Numbered from the stretch's first letter, positions 50,074-60,316 are shown. The stretch is 64,000 bases of DNA from Waddliaceae bacterium (GCA_963724325.1 CAVRUH010000001.1:288001-352000), one strand, 5' to 3'. Notes: generated from the sequence alone by a model not told the origin. Numbers and translations are program-made.

Positions 50074-50148
50074 CATCCTTCATATCCTGCCGCTTTGCGA
50101 TCATGCATATCTTGTTATTCCTAGGGATAACAGGATATGCATGATCGC
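50074..50148. repeat. Palindromic repeat copy A (right arm truncated)
   Basis: CATCCTTCATATCCTGCCGCTTTGCGATCATGCATATCTTGTTATTCCTAGGGATAACAGGATATGCATGATCGC. Confidence 0.9.
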
Positions 50149-50162
50149 TCTACCCCCAACCC

Positions 50163-50297
50163 CTCTTTTGACAAGTCAAATATTACATCTTCCCATCCTT
50201 CATATCCTGCCGCTTTGCGATCATGCATATCCTGTTATCCCTAGGAATAACAAGATATGCATGATCGCAAAGCGGCAGGATATGAAGGATGGGAGGA
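50163..50297. repeat. Palindromic repeat copy B with 27-bp leader
   Basis: Leader CTCTTTTGACAAGTCAAATATTACATC followed by a ~105-bp near-perfect hairpin centred on CCTAGG. Confidence 0.92.
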
Positions 50298-50309
50298 AAT
50301 GATGGTTAT

Positions 50310-50717
50310 CTATATGCTGTGGGTGGCATAATGGTCAGGATGATAAAGCCTCCTGTATTCCACTTTTCGTTTTCCAAAATTAACCAGCAGCCCTATATAT
50401 GTATCGGAAACTTTCAGATAGTTGATTAATTGTGCTTGGTGTTCGCCAAGTAACGATTCACAGCATTTCAATTCAACAATTACAACACCATTAACAACAA
50501 TATCTGCAATATACAAACCTATTTTCCTTCCCCTGAATAACACTTCAAACCTTTTTTCTACTTCTACCTCAAATCCCTTCTCTTTTAAAGCAATGAAAAG
50601 AGCATTTTTATAAACCGATTCTAAAAAGCCAGAACCAAGCTCATTCATCACATCAAAACAGCATCCCAAAATTACTTCAGTTTCATTCGACAACAGCGAC
50701 TGACCATTTTGCATCAT
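50310..50717 (-). CDS. GxxExxY protein (PD-(D/E)XK nuclease superfamily)
   Basis: LGSGFLESVYKNAL, ADIVV..VIVELK, HQAQLINYLK and GLLVNFG motifs. Confidence 0.93.
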   Translation of the reverse strand: MMQNGQSLLSNETEVILGCCFDVMNELGSGFLESVYKNALFIALKEKGFEVEVEKRFEVLFRGRKIGLYIADIVVNGVVIVELKCCESLLGEHQAQLINYLKVSDTYIGLLVNFGKRKVEYRRLYHPDHYATHSI

Positions 50718-50762
50718 TTTCTATTTCCCACATTTATCGATGATACATTTTACACAAAACCG

Positions 50763-50905
50763 CTCTTTTGACAAGTCAAATATTACATCCTCCTATCCTC
50801 CTATCCTTCATATCCTGCCGCTTTGCGATCATGCATATCTTGTTATTCCTAGGGATAACAGGATACGCATGATCGCAAAGCGGCAGGATATGAAGGATGG
50901 GAGGA
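50763..50905. repeat. Palindromic repeat copy C with the same 27-bp leader
   Basis: Direct repeat of copy B, starting 600 bp downstream. Confidence 0.92.
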
Positions 50906-51029
50906 TAAGATGAAATAATGATCGCTTAATTGCCGTGAGCTACCTCGAACCTGTACCCCTCTTTTATCTTGTAATAACTATCACTGATGGGATATGATGT
51001 TAATTTAATATGAGGACGTAAGAACATAG

Positions 51030-52733
51030 ATGCGAGAAATACCAACGGCATACCACACATTAGGGCTGCAACTAAGTACATCGTCTATAAAAGGGGCAGA
51101 ATTAATCCTGCGAAAAAATATACCTCAACTCATCGAAACATTCGAAGTCAATGTAAAGCCGCTTTACATTGGAGATGAACAAAATAAATTAAAGACATTG
51201 CTAAGCAAGACACTCACTATAACTTGCCTAGAGACCTCTGAGGTTCTGGCTAGAACGCTTGAGCTAGAACTGACTAAGGAAAATGACATCGACGCTGTGC
51301 TAGAGTTCCAGGCTGAGCCATTGTTACCCTATCCAACAAATGAAGGACTCATCGACCGCATCATTGTTGAGAAAGAAACAGAAGGGACATCCCTAACTGT
51401 TGTGGCTGCAAGAAAGGACTTCGTCGCAAAGCACCTAGAAAGATGGCATGAGTACGGAGTTGAGCCCGAAACTATCAGTTGCATCCCCGCCGCGCTTGCT
51501 GAGTTTTCAAAATATTTTTGTCCCATCGATACCGCGCATCTTGTAGTATATTTTGGAGAAGACTCAACAACATTTGCTTTAGTTAAATCTGGGAAGCTGC
51601 TATCAGCACAGTCACTCAATTTTGGAACTAATGACCTTATGAAGGCATTCTCCGAAAACACACATATTACTCCAAATGCCATTTTGGGAACGTTTTCAAA
51701 ACTTGATTTCGCAGAATTCGACAGGGAGCATTATCCTAAACTCACTGCTGCCATCAATGGATTTACACTGGAAGTTGCTAAGAACTCCATGTCGCTTATC
51801 AAGAAATTTCAAGAATACGAAGTATCTAATGTCTTTGCTACAGGAGAAGGAGCGACACTGCTCAATTTTGTAAAAGTTATTTATCAGAATCAGAAATTAA
51901 CTCCGCTGCAGCCCCTCGTAAAATCAGAATTTCAAACCACTCCAGAAACGCTTCACAAATATGCCATACCTATAGGAGCCGCCCTGTCGGGACTTCATGG
52001 AAATAACAACGGGATAAACTTCCGGCAGAATGAATACAGTTATCCTCACCCCTGGAAAAGACTGCAAAAACCTTTAATCGCCTACTTTTCCCTGTGCATC
52101 GGTGTTGCCCTATCCATTTATCTAGTCGGCAACGCTTATGTTGCAAAGCAAGACGATAATTTACGAACCGAGTATGTCCACCTCTTAGCATCGATGAAAA
52201 AGCCCTATAGTCAATTTGAAACCGAATTTCTTGAAGCAACACAACCCAATAAGAAGCCAGAAACGGCAAAGGTTGATATATTAAGCCTATCACAGAACGA
52301 TATCCTATACCGCCTCGATTTCCTTAAGAAAGAGCTCAATAGCACACCAGACATGTTTCCATTACTCCCAAATATTCCACGGGTCACCGATGTTTTGGCA
52401 TGGTTATCGAATCTCCCTGCGGTGAAAGCAGCATCTGAATCATCGGAAATAGAAGATAGCAAGATACAGCTTACTAGTTTTAGCTATAAGATGATGAAAC
52501 GTCCCGAATTTAATAAGAAAAAGGAACCCTATCAGGCTAAAGTTGAACTAGAATTTACTACAGCCGTTCCGAGAAATGCACGAGAGTTTCATGATGCCCT
52601 GTTGGAGCCCAATAATTTTGTTGACCCCACAGGAGAAGTCAAGTGGAATGCTGAGCGTGGAAAATATCGAGTTTCTTTCTTCCTGAAGGATAAAACGTAT
52701 TATCCTTCAAAGTCCGGGGGTTCCAGTGTTTAG
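51030..52733 (+). CDS. PilM/GspL-like membrane-anchored protein
   Basis: N-terminal LGLQLSTSSIKGAEL (actin-like pattern), FQAEPLLPYP, INFRQ followed by a TM helix. Confidence 0.6.
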   Translation: MREIPTAYHTLGLQLSTSSIKGAELILRKNIPQLIETFEVNVKPLYIGDEQNKLKTLLSKTLTITCLETSEVLARTLELELTKENDIDAVLEFQAEPLLPYPTNEGLIDRIIVEKETEGTSLTVVAARKDFVAKHLERWHEYGVEPETISCIPAALAEFSKYFCPIDTAHLVVYFGEDSTTFALVKSGKLLSAQSLNFGTNDLMKAFSENTHITPNAILGTFSKLDFAEFDREHYPKLTAAINGFTLEVAKNSMSLIKKFQEYEVSNVFATGEGATLLNFVKVIYQNQKLTPLQPLVKSEFQTTPETLHKYAIPIGAALSGLHGNNNGINFRQNEYSYPHPWKRLQKPLIAYFSLCIGVALSIYLVGNAYVAKQDDNLRTEYVHLLASMKKPYSQFETEFLEATQPNKKPETAKVDILSLSQNDILYRLDFLKKELNSTPDMFPLLPNIPRVTDVLAWLSNLPAVKAASESSEIEDSKIQLTSFSYKMMKRPEFNKKKEPYQAKVELEFTTAVPRNAREFHDALLEPNNFVDPTGEVKWNAERGKYRVSFFLKDKTYYPSKSGGSSV

Positions 52734-53352
52734 TAATATTCCAAAGCAAAGAGTGTTGCTTTACTTGCTTATTCTAGGGATTATTCCCTCTATTTTTACT
52801 TTCATGAATGTTTATGGTAAAATTAAAGAAGTAAGGGCAGCGCAGGAACAAGTTGCCATGTTAGGCGACCAAGCCTTTATTCTTGAAAAAAAGCAATCGG
52901 TGAATATAGCAGTAAAAGAGTACTACATGGACTCAGAACACTTCTACCTCGATAAATATCTGGAAAAGCTAAAATTTCTTGAGCCCGAAATTGAAAGTTT
53001 GCATAAGCTTGAGAGCAATAAAAATTTTGCCGGCGACGAAAATGTCAAACAGCGGATCGAATTCCTTTCTGGAGATGGCAACTCCATGCTCTTTTCTGAA
53101 GGCAATATGCAATCGTATCAGTATCTACAAGAGACAATCGCCACACTCGTCCATCCGGTCGAAGTCAATCTTTCCGACCTAAAAAAGGTACTAACTATGA
53201 TTGAGGGGATTGACATTCCGCCAAATGTTTCGCCCTCGGAAAGACCGCAATTGATAATTCTTGATCTACGCTTGGATAGAAAGGACATTACTTTTAATAA
53301 CCAAGTTTTTGTTTTAAACCTAAAACTCTTAGTACGTGAATATACGCCATGA
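52726..53352 (+). CDS. Membrane-anchored hypothetical protein
   Basis: GTG start overlapping the upstream gene and an N-terminal TM helix. Confidence 0.65.
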   Translation: MFSNIPKQRVLLYLLILGIIPSIFTFMNVYGKIKEVRAAQEQVAMLGDQAFILEKKQSVNIAVKEYYMDSEHFYLDKYLEKLKFLEPEIESLHKLESNKNFAGDENVKQRIEFLSGDGNSMLFSEGNMQSYQYLQETIATLVHPVEVNLSDLKKVLTMIEGIDIPPNVSPSERPQLIILDLRLDRKDITFNNQVFVLNLKLLVREYTP

Positions 53353-54614
53353 AATACCTTTACTTAGTACCTTTACTATTTTGCGCCAGTTGTTCAACCA
53401 TGGATTACGGAAATAATGGCCCGCAACTGACAACCATTAATATTATCGACCGAAATGGAATGTCGGAAACGATCAGTAATCCAGATCGATTAAAACAATA
53501 TTCAAATGTTGACTTCCTTAAACAGCAGCCTTATCAAAAAGTTCTGCAAATTTATAACCGCGATGAAATGGGGGACATTGCTTCATTCGTGACGAGTTAC
53601 CATCCCAATGGACAGCCTAAACAGTATCTAGAAGTTGTAAACACAAGAGCATTTGGTAATTATAAAGAATGGCACCAGAATGGGACCCTAAAATTGAATG
53701 CAACCATTATTGGCGGAGAGCCTGATATTAGCCCGTCAGCCGCAGAAACATGGCTCTTTGATGGCCAAGCACTTGCTTGGGACGAAGAAGGAAACTTGAT
53801 TGCGGATATCAGTTACCTCAAGGGAAACCTTCATGGAGACAGCATTTATTATCACGCGAATGGAAAAATCTGGAAGAAAATCAATTATGTCTCCAATGAG
53901 ATCACTGGGACTTTTGATCTTTATCTCGAAAATGGAATGCTTCTACAATCTACAGCCTTTCAATCTGGCGAGAAAGAGGGAAATTCGGTTCGCTATTGGG
54001 AATGCGGCAGGATTGCCTCCAAAGAGGAATATGTTGATGGCAGGCTTATGAAAGCTACCTACTACGATATTGATTCCAATATTGTTTGCCAAATCACAAA
54101 TGGAAATGGGTTTAAAGCAGTATTTGGAAAAGAAATTATCTCTGAATTAGACGAATATAAAGAGGGCATCCAAGAAGGAATCGTCAAAATCTTTGGATCA
54201 GACCAGTTGGTATTGCGATCGCATCACATCAAAAATGGGATCAAACATGGGGAAGAAATTGAATACTACGATACCCCGGCTATCCGAAATCTGCCAAAAC
54301 TGTCGATCAATTGGCATGAGGGAAAAATACAAGGCACTGTAAGAACCTGGTATGATAATGGCATGCAAGAAAGCCAGCGAGAGATGAGCAATAACAAGAA
54401 AAATGGAATTGCGTCCGCTTGGTATCGCGATGGAAGCTTAATGATGCTTGAGGAATATGAGCAGGGAAAGCTTACAAAAGGCGAGTATTATAGAAAGAAA
54501 GATCGTATGCCGATAACTACAATAGAGTTAGGGGAAGGCGTGGCCACTATGTTTGACTCGGAAGGAAACTTCGTCAGAAAAATCAACTACCGCAGCGGAA
54601 TACCTCTTGGATAA
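53349..54614 (+). CDS. MORN-variant/YwqK repeat lipoprotein
   Basis: Lipobox-like ASC and repeated (W/Y)(Y/H)xNG...G motifs. Confidence 0.8.
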   Translation: MKYLYLVPLLFCASCSTMDYGNNGPQLTTINIIDRNGMSETISNPDRLKQYSNVDFLKQQPYQKVLQIYNRDEMGDIASFVTSYHPNGQPKQYLEVVNTRAFGNYKEWHQNGTLKLNATIIGGEPDISPSAAETWLFDGQALAWDEEGNLIADISYLKGNLHGDSIYYHANGKIWKKINYVSNEITGTFDLYLENGMLLQSTAFQSGEKEGNSVRYWECGRIASKEEYVDGRLMKATYYDIDSNIVCQITNGNGFKAVFGKEIISELDEYKEGIQEGIVKIFGSDQLVLRSHHIKNGIKHGEEIEYYDTPAIRNLPKLSINWHEGKIQGTVRTWYDNGMQESQREMSNNKKNGIASAWYRDGSLMMLEEYEQGKLTKGEYYRKKDRMPITTIELGEGVATMFDSEGNFVRKINYRSGIPLG

Positions 54615-54624
54615 CTATTTAGAA

Positions 54625-55053
54625 ATGAAAGTCGTAGAAATTAGTCAGCCCGAAGGGGACTCCATCCAACTTTTTCCTGCCTTTTTATCAGGGGTTCAGG
54701 CCGGTTTTCCATCGCCAGCAGATGATTATATCGAAAATAGGTTGAACATCAATGATCTTGTCATTGATCATCCTGCCTCCACATTTTTCGTTCGCGTTGA
54801 AGGGGAATCCATGAAGGATGCCAATATTCAATCTGGAGATATTCTTGTTGTTGATCGTTCTATTGAGGCCGCAAATGGAAAAATTGTTATCGCCATCATC
54901 AACGGTGAATTCACCGTCAAGCGATTCCAAAAAAATTCCTCCGGCACGTTTCTTATTCCAGAGAATCCAAAATTTCCAACCATTAAAATTGAAGAAGATA
55001 CCGATTTTCAAGTTTGGGGAATAGTCACTTTCGTTATTCACAAAGCACGATAA
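54625..55053 (+). CDS. umuD: DNA polymerase V accessory subunit (S24 peptidase)
   Basis: [31 protein letters not shown] and WGIVT motifs. Confidence 0.92.
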   Translation: MKVVEISQPEGDSIQLFPAFLSGVQAGFPSPADDYIENRLNINDLVIDHPASTFFVRVEGESMKDANIQSGDILVVDRSIEAANGKIVIAIINGEFTVKRFQKNSSGTFLIPENPKFPTIKIEEDTDFQVWGIVTFVIHKAR

Positions 55054-55055
55054 CT

Positions 55056-56309
55056 ATGTTTGCTCTCATCGATTGCAATAACTTTTACGCATCGTGCGAA
55101 AGAGTATTTAATCCAAAATGGAAAAATAAGCCTATCGTTGTTCTATCCAATAACGACGGATGCGTCATAGCCAGATCAAATGAAGCAAAAGCTCTTGGAA
55201 TTCCAATGGGCGCCCCATATTTTCAATTCAAGGACCTCATGAAGGCTCATGACGTTATTGTATGCTCCTCAAATTTTACACTTTATGGAGAAATGTCAGC
55301 ACGGGTTATGCAAACTTTGAGGCAGTTCTCACCTGATGTGCAAATTTACTCTGTCGACGAGGCTTTTCTTATCCTTGAAGGAGAAAACCTAAAAGAGCAA
55401 GGGTTGAAAATCCGGGAAACTGTACTTAAATGGACTGGAATCCCTGTTTCTGTCGGCATTGCACGCACCAAAACTTTATCAAAAGTCGCCGGAGAACATG
55501 CGAAAAAAAATACGTCTACGCAAGGTGTATTTATTTTGCATGGATCCGAACAAGTCGACTCAGTTCTCGATGATTTACCCGTTACAGAACTGTGGGGAAT
55601 AGGAAATCGTTTGGGAAAGAAACTCAACACTTTAGGAATATTTACAGCAAAACAATTTAAAGATGCTAATGACCACCTCATCCGCAAACATCTCACTGTC
55701 GTAGGTCTGCGCACAGCCATGGAATTGCGCGAAATTAGCTGCCTTCCACTAAACGAAATACCAGCTCCAAAAAAATCAATAACACACTCTAGAGGCTTTG
55801 GAAGGCCAATCGATTCTTTTGATGAATTATGCGAATCCATTTCCACATATGCGGCTGAGCTGGAGAAAATTCGCTCCCAAAATACGCTTGCAACAGAAAT
55901 GACGGTATTCATTGAACTTCATCCTTTTCGCCGTGATGTCCCCAATAGTTTCTATTCCAAAATCATTTTTCCCCAACCTACAAACTACACTCCGCATCTA
56001 ATTACCTATGCAAAAACTATTCTCAAACAACTATATATAGCTGGAAATAGCTATCGAAAATCTGGCATCATCCTCGATGGCTTGGTACCCGATGATTGCT
56101 TTCAACAAGATCTATTTTCTTCTCCAAATATCAGTAACGAAAAACAAAAATCTATTATGTCGACAATTGATCAAATTAATGCTGATTTCGGCTACGACAT
56201 CGTCCATTCTGCTGCCGAAGGCGTCATCAAAGGGTGGGACATGAAACGACAACTCCGAACCTCACGCTTTACAACTCGATGGAATGAACTGCTCACCATA
56301 AAAATCTAA
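55056..56309 (+). CDS. umuC: Y-family DNA polymerase V catalytic subunit
   Basis: [33 protein letters not shown] and RFTTRWNEL motifs. Confidence 0.93.
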   Translation: MFALIDCNNFYASCERVFNPKWKNKPIVVLSNNDGCVIARSNEAKALGIPMGAPYFQFKDLMKAHDVIVCSSNFTLYGEMSARVMQTLRQFSPDVQIYSVDEAFLILEGENLKEQGLKIRETVLKWTGIPVSVGIARTKTLSKVAGEHAKKNTSTQGVFILHGSEQVDSVLDDLPVTELWGIGNRLGKKLNTLGIFTAKQFKDANDHLIRKHLTVVGLRTAMELREISCLPLNEIPAPKKSITHSRGFGRPIDSFDELCESISTYAAELEKIRSQNTLATEMTVFIELHPFRRDVPNSFYSKIIFPQPTNYTPHLITYAKTILKQLYIAGNSYRKSGIILDGLVPDDCFQQDLFSSPNISNEKQKSIMSTIDQINADFGYDIVHSAAEGVIKGWDMKRQLRTSRFTTRWNELLTIKI

Positions 56310-56379
56310 TCGACACGATTCCCAATTTTCCGTATTCTATATAATCGAGCATTAAATCAAATTTCAGGAGAAATAAGTT

Positions 56380-57438
56380 ATGTCACAACAACCCGATAGC
56401 GAACGCAAAAAAGCCTTGGAGCTTGCGGTCGGCCTCATAAAAAAACAATTTGGCGATGGCGCCATTATGACCTTAGGACAACGCCCTGTGCATGAAGCCA
56501 GCGTCATTGAAACCGGAGCCCTTGCACTTGATGTCGCTCTCGGCATCGGCGGCGTTCCCAGAGGGAGAGTCGTAGAACTCTATGGTCCCGAATCTTCAGG
56601 TAAATCAACCTTAGCTTTACATATCGTAGCCAACGCCCAGAAAAAGGGAGGGCTTGCAGCCTATATCGACGCAGAACATGCACTGGATCCCGGTTATGCC
56701 GCAAAAATTGGAGTCAATATTGACGACCTCATTATCTCGCAACCAGATTGCGGAGAAGAAGCACTTAATATCGTTGAAATGCTTGCCCGTTCAAATGCGG
56801 TTGATGTCATTGTTATTGACTCAGTGGCTGCATTAGTACCTAAGTCTGAATTGGAAGGTGAAATCGGTGATGCATTCGTTGGTCTCCAAGCCCGCATGAT
56901 GTCCCAAGCTCTTAGAAAACTAACAGCAACCCTTTCGCGAAGCAATACCTGCGCCATTTTCATTAACCAAATCCGTGAAAAAATCGGCGTGATGTATGGC
57001 AGCCCAGAAACAACAACAGGTGGCCGCGCCCTGAAATTCTATTCGTCAATTCGTATGGAAATCCGCAGAGTTGGCGGCATCAAAGGGGCCGACGCAAAAC
57101 CCGATGGAGCTAAAGGAACAGAAACTTCAGAAGTTGGCAACCGCGTAAAAGTAAAAGTAACTAAAAACAAGATGGCGCCTCCATTTAGATCCGCAGAATT
57201 CGATATTCTCTTCAACGAAGGAATTTCCCGCACCGGTTCGGCAATTGATATGGCAACCGAACTCAACATCATCGACAAAAAAGGTGCCTGGTTCAGCTAC
57301 AACGGCGCCCGTCTCGGCCAAGGCCGCGAAGCAGTCCGTGAAGAACTCAAAACCAATACAAAGCTTCTCCAAGAGCTCGAACAACTCATCATGGAAAAGT
57401 ACAAAGAAAAATCCAAAGCCGCCCCCGTCGAGGCCTAG
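56380..57438 (+). CDS. recA: Recombinase RecA
   Basis: [40 protein letters not shown] and GGRALKFY motifs. Confidence 0.98.
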   Translation: MSQQPDSERKKALELAVGLIKKQFGDGAIMTLGQRPVHEASVIETGALALDVALGIGGVPRGRVVELYGPESSGKSTLALHIVANAQKKGGLAAYIDAEHALDPGYAAKIGVNIDDLIISQPDCGEEALNIVEMLARSNAVDVIVIDSVAALVPKSELEGEIGDAFVGLQARMMSQALRKLTATLSRSNTCAIFINQIREKIGVMYGSPETTTGGRALKFYSSIRMEIRRVGGIKGADAKPDGAKGTETSEVGNRVKVKVTKNKMAPPFRSAEFDILFNEGISRTGSAIDMATELNIIDKKGAWFSYNGARLGQGREAVREELKTNTKLLQELEQLIMEKYKEKSKAAPVEA

Positions 57439-57448
57439 CAGCGACCCA

Positions 57449-57478
57449 GCCCTCTCCTTACAACCCTAAGGAGAGGGC
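57449..57478. terminator. Hairpin downstream of recA
   Basis: GCCCTCTCCTTA-CAACCC-TAAGGAGAGGGC is a perfect 12-bp stem. Confidence 0.7.
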
Positions 57479-57481
57479 ATC

Positions 57482-57615
57482 ATCATCTCCCATCTTCTTC
57501 TATCCTGCCCATCATGCCGCTTGCGATCATGCATATCCTGTAAATTCCAAGGAAAACGGGATATGCATGATCGCAAGCGGCATGATAGGCAGGATGGAAG
57601 AAGATGGGAGATGAT
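57482..57615. repeat. Palindromic repeat copy D (~134 bp) between convergent recA and ispA
   Basis: ATCATCTCCCATCTTCTTC...GCCGCTTGCGATCATGCATATCC...GGATATGCATGATCGCAAGCGGC...GAAGAAGATGGGAGATGAT shares its core with copies A-C and the 151-bp array. Confidence 0.92.
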
Positions 57616-57617
57616 TG

Positions 57618-58490
57618 TTATTGACTGATGTTATTTATAAGTTGAAGTAATTCATCACTGTTGAGGGGAAGCTGCTTAAGCGAACGCTCAAATTCCCTAA
57701 GTTCCACGTGGAACATTTCTAAAGCTTTCTCATAGCCCAGAAGATTTGCCATGTTGATCTGCCTTTCATTAGTAATGTCCTGTTGCATATCCCCTAGATC
57801 GTCTCCAATTTGAAATGCCATGCCAAAGTGATAGGCCGTTTTTTTCACCTGATCAACTAATTCTACAGGTCCGCCCCCGAAAAGCCAGCCGAACATGAAA
57901 GCATTCTCAAAAAGGGAGACTGTTTTCATTTCCATGACCTCCCGAATAGTTTTTTCGGTAAGATCCGGAGGATAAATATCCAAGAATTGACCACCAGTGG
58001 CTCCAAAAACACCTGAATTGTGAGCAGCATTTCCTAAAGCCAAAATTCCAATTTCGTGCCCTCGTGATGCAAACGCAAGTGTCGAATTATTAACGACTTG
58101 CGCATTTCTTGCAATGCATTCATTTCCTCCAGCGATCAAAGCATAGGTAACCAAAAGAGCTGTTGCCTCTCCATAAACCTTATGAACGCTCGGCTTTTGT
58201 CTGCGCTCGTCATCGTCATCCATCGAAGGAAGATCGTCAGCAACTAAAGAGGCTGTATGAAATAATTCAAGTGAAAGAGCGGCATATGACACATCCGAAC
58301 CGAAGCCGAGTGCCTTGGCGACCATAAGTACAAGCGCTGGACGGAAACGCTTCCCTCCATTCGTCAGAGCATAATGGCAAGCTTCCGCAAGCTTATTGCT
58401 AGAACCAAATAGCGAAAGATTTTCTTCGATGATCCGTTCCACTGCAGCCTGATATTTCGAGAGAATATTTGTGTTTTTTAAGATTGGCAA
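57618..58490 (-). CDS. ispA: Polyprenyl (geranyl/farnesyl) diphosphate synthase
   Basis: GGKRFRP, SLVADDLPSMDDDDERR, GGQFLD, KT and FQIGDD motifs. Confidence 0.9.
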   Translation of the reverse strand: MPILKNTNILSKYQAAVERIIEENLSLFGSSNKLAEACHYALTNGGKRFRPALVLMVAKALGFGSDVSYAALSLELFHTASLVADDLPSMDDDDERRQKPSVHKVYGEATALLVTYALIAGGNECIARNAQVVNNSTLAFASRGHEIGILALGNAAHNSGVFGATGGQFLDIYPPDLTEKTIREVMEMKTVSLFENAFMFGWLFGGGPVELVDQVKKTAYHFGMAFQIGDDLGDMQQDITNERQINMANLLGYEKALEMFHVELREFERSLKQLPLNSDELLQLINNISQ

Positions 58491-59119
58491 ATGAATCCTC
58501 CTATATTTTTACAGGGATGACAAAGAGTGTTTTTACATAAGATCGTCCCCGGATTCATTACTGAATTACAGCCGGTTTGAGCATCATCGCCAACAATCGC
58601 CCCAAATTTCTTAAGTCCGGTATTGAAGGACACATCATCGACATGCACCTTCACAGAGCCTCTATCGAACCTCAGGTTCGCACAAACCGTGCCAGCCCCT
58701 AGGTTGATGCGATTTCCAAGAATAGTGTCCCCAACGTAAGCAAAATGAGCCGCATGAGCATCGTTCAAAAAAACAGCATTCTTAACTTCTGTGTCATGAC
58801 CAATCACACAACTGTCACCGGCAATCAAGTTGCCGCGGATGTAAGCCCCCTGACGGATCGAACAATTTTTCCCAATCACACAAGGGCCCTTGATATAAGC
58901 TCCTGGTTCAACGATTGTTCCAGAACCTATCGAAATACTTTCAGGGTTAACGAGATGTGCACCATCGGGGATTGGCACCTCGATTTTTCCAAGCTTCAAC
59001 GATTTAAGATAGGAATCAATTTTGGAAATCGCCTCCCAAACATAGGTGATATCTGCAAACAAGCTTGCGTGCTCGAACGAATTCAGGTCGAAAAAGTAAG
59101 AAGGTTTGAGCTTGTCCAA
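58478..59119 (-). CDS. GlmU C-terminal-like hexapeptide acetyltransferase
   Basis: Left-handed beta-helix repeats, AAHFAYVGDTILG and NLGAGT motifs. Confidence 0.85.
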   Translation of the reverse strand: MDKLKPSYFFDLNSFEHASLFADITYVWEAISKIDSYLKSLKLGKIEVPIPDGAHLVNPESISIGSGTIVEPGAYIKGPCVIGKNCSIRQGAYIRGNLIAGDSCVIGHDTEVKNAVFLNDAHAAHFAYVGDTILGNRINLGAGTVCANLRFDRGSVKVHVDDVSFNTGLKKFGAIVGDDAQTGCNSVMNPGTILCKNTLCHPCKNIGGFICQS

Positions 59120-59169
59120 TCTATGATCTCGGTTTTTATACTAGATTTTGAACGGAATCATGAATAATT

Positions 59170-59720
59170 TCAACACCTTCTTTAGAAGAATAATATAAAT
59201 ATCTCTTTTTTCTTCTTCTTCAGAGCCTGTGGAAATGTTGACAACCCTTATGTTTCACGAGAGAATCCTGCCGTTCATAACTGTTTCACAAAGTGTCTAT
59301 AACCTCGAGTTTATGAACAAAATTCAGTTGTGAACTGATCCATGAACAATTCTATGAACTAAAAAGGGGTGGGTTATGAACCATTTCTGTGGAAAAATGA
59401 AAAATCTAAGGATCGACGAGTTCGACAGCCCCTAAAGAAGAAGAATACTAGTATATCTTATTTCTTCTTCTTCAGAGGCTGTGGAAAAGTTGATAACCCC
59501 TTGTTTTTCCGAGTAAAACCCTCTGTTTATAACTCGTTCACACCTTGTTGATAAAGCTTGACTTGTGAACAAATTTTCATTGTGAACGAAACCATAAACA
59601 AAGTTATCAACCAAAAAACGGGTGTTATGAACAGGAATTGTGGAAAGATAGGGAAAAAGGACCAAAATGACCAAAGAAATATAGGGATTATTTTAGATCC
59701 TTTTTATCTTGTCTTGATAA
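59170..59720. promoter_or_regulatory. Probable chromosomal replication origin oriC
   Basis: Non-coding stretch of ~650 bp with clustered DnaA-box-like 9-mers: TGTGGAAAA at 59388 and 59480, TGTGGAAAT at 59228, TGTGGAAAG at 59639, TGTTGATAA at 59546 and several TTATGAAC. AT-rich segments lie next to the boxes. Confidence 0.75.
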
Positions 59721-59771
59721 TCCTTTTTCAAATAATATGACCCTCCAGCCTAATTCTAGATAGGGAAAATA

Positions 59772-60302
59772 ATGAATAAAAATATAGTTGAAACAACTCA
59801 CCATCAAACTTTTGAGTCACTAAAACAAGAGGAAAATGGTTGCGAATTTTGGAGCGCCCGCAAATTGTCGAAGGCCCTTGAATACTCTGAATATCGTCAC
59901 TTTTTACCAGTCATTGAAAAAGCAAAAGAAGCCTGCAAAAACAGTCGTAGCATTATTGAGGACCATTTCGAGGATATCCTCGATATGGTCGAAATAGGAT
60001 CCGGGGCACAGCGTCGCATTTCAGACATACGATTATCACGCTATGCATGCTATTTGGTTGTCCAAAACGGTGATCCGGCTAAGCCGGTAATAGCCAATGG
60101 CCAAACATACTTTGCGATGCAAACGCGTCGGCAGGAACTTGCTGACAATCCAAGCTTCCAACAGCTAAAAGAAGATGAAAAGCGTCTCTATCTTCGAAAC
60201 GATCTTCGGGAAAACAACAAAATACTCGGAGAAACAGCTCAACAGGCTGGCGTAGAAACGAGCGTTGATTTTGCCATATTCCAATTGAAAGAAATTAACT
60301 AA
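59772..60302 (+). pseudogene. dinD: DinD-like DNA damage-inducible protein, C-terminally truncated
   Basis: FWSARKL, LSRYACYLVVQNGDP and QTYFAMQTRRQE motifs. Similarity appears to stop at DFAIFQ after 171 aa. Confidence 0.75.
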
Positions 60303-60316
60303 GAAGGAGATATATC

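Noticed and set aside
50122..50139. TAGGGATAACAGGATATG resembles the I-SceI site or an LSU rRNA segment
   Set aside because: The match is partial (15/18), sits at the variable centre of the palindrome, and is absent from the copies at 111-610 and 57482. It is probably coincidence.
53349..54614. YwqK antitoxin of a toxin-antitoxin system
   Set aside because: There is no cognate toxin. It is a lipoprotein with MORN-like repeats in an operon with membrane proteins.
59369..59740. Three short ORFs in the oriC region
   Set aside because: They overlap one another, lack motifs, and coincide with the DnaA-box cluster.
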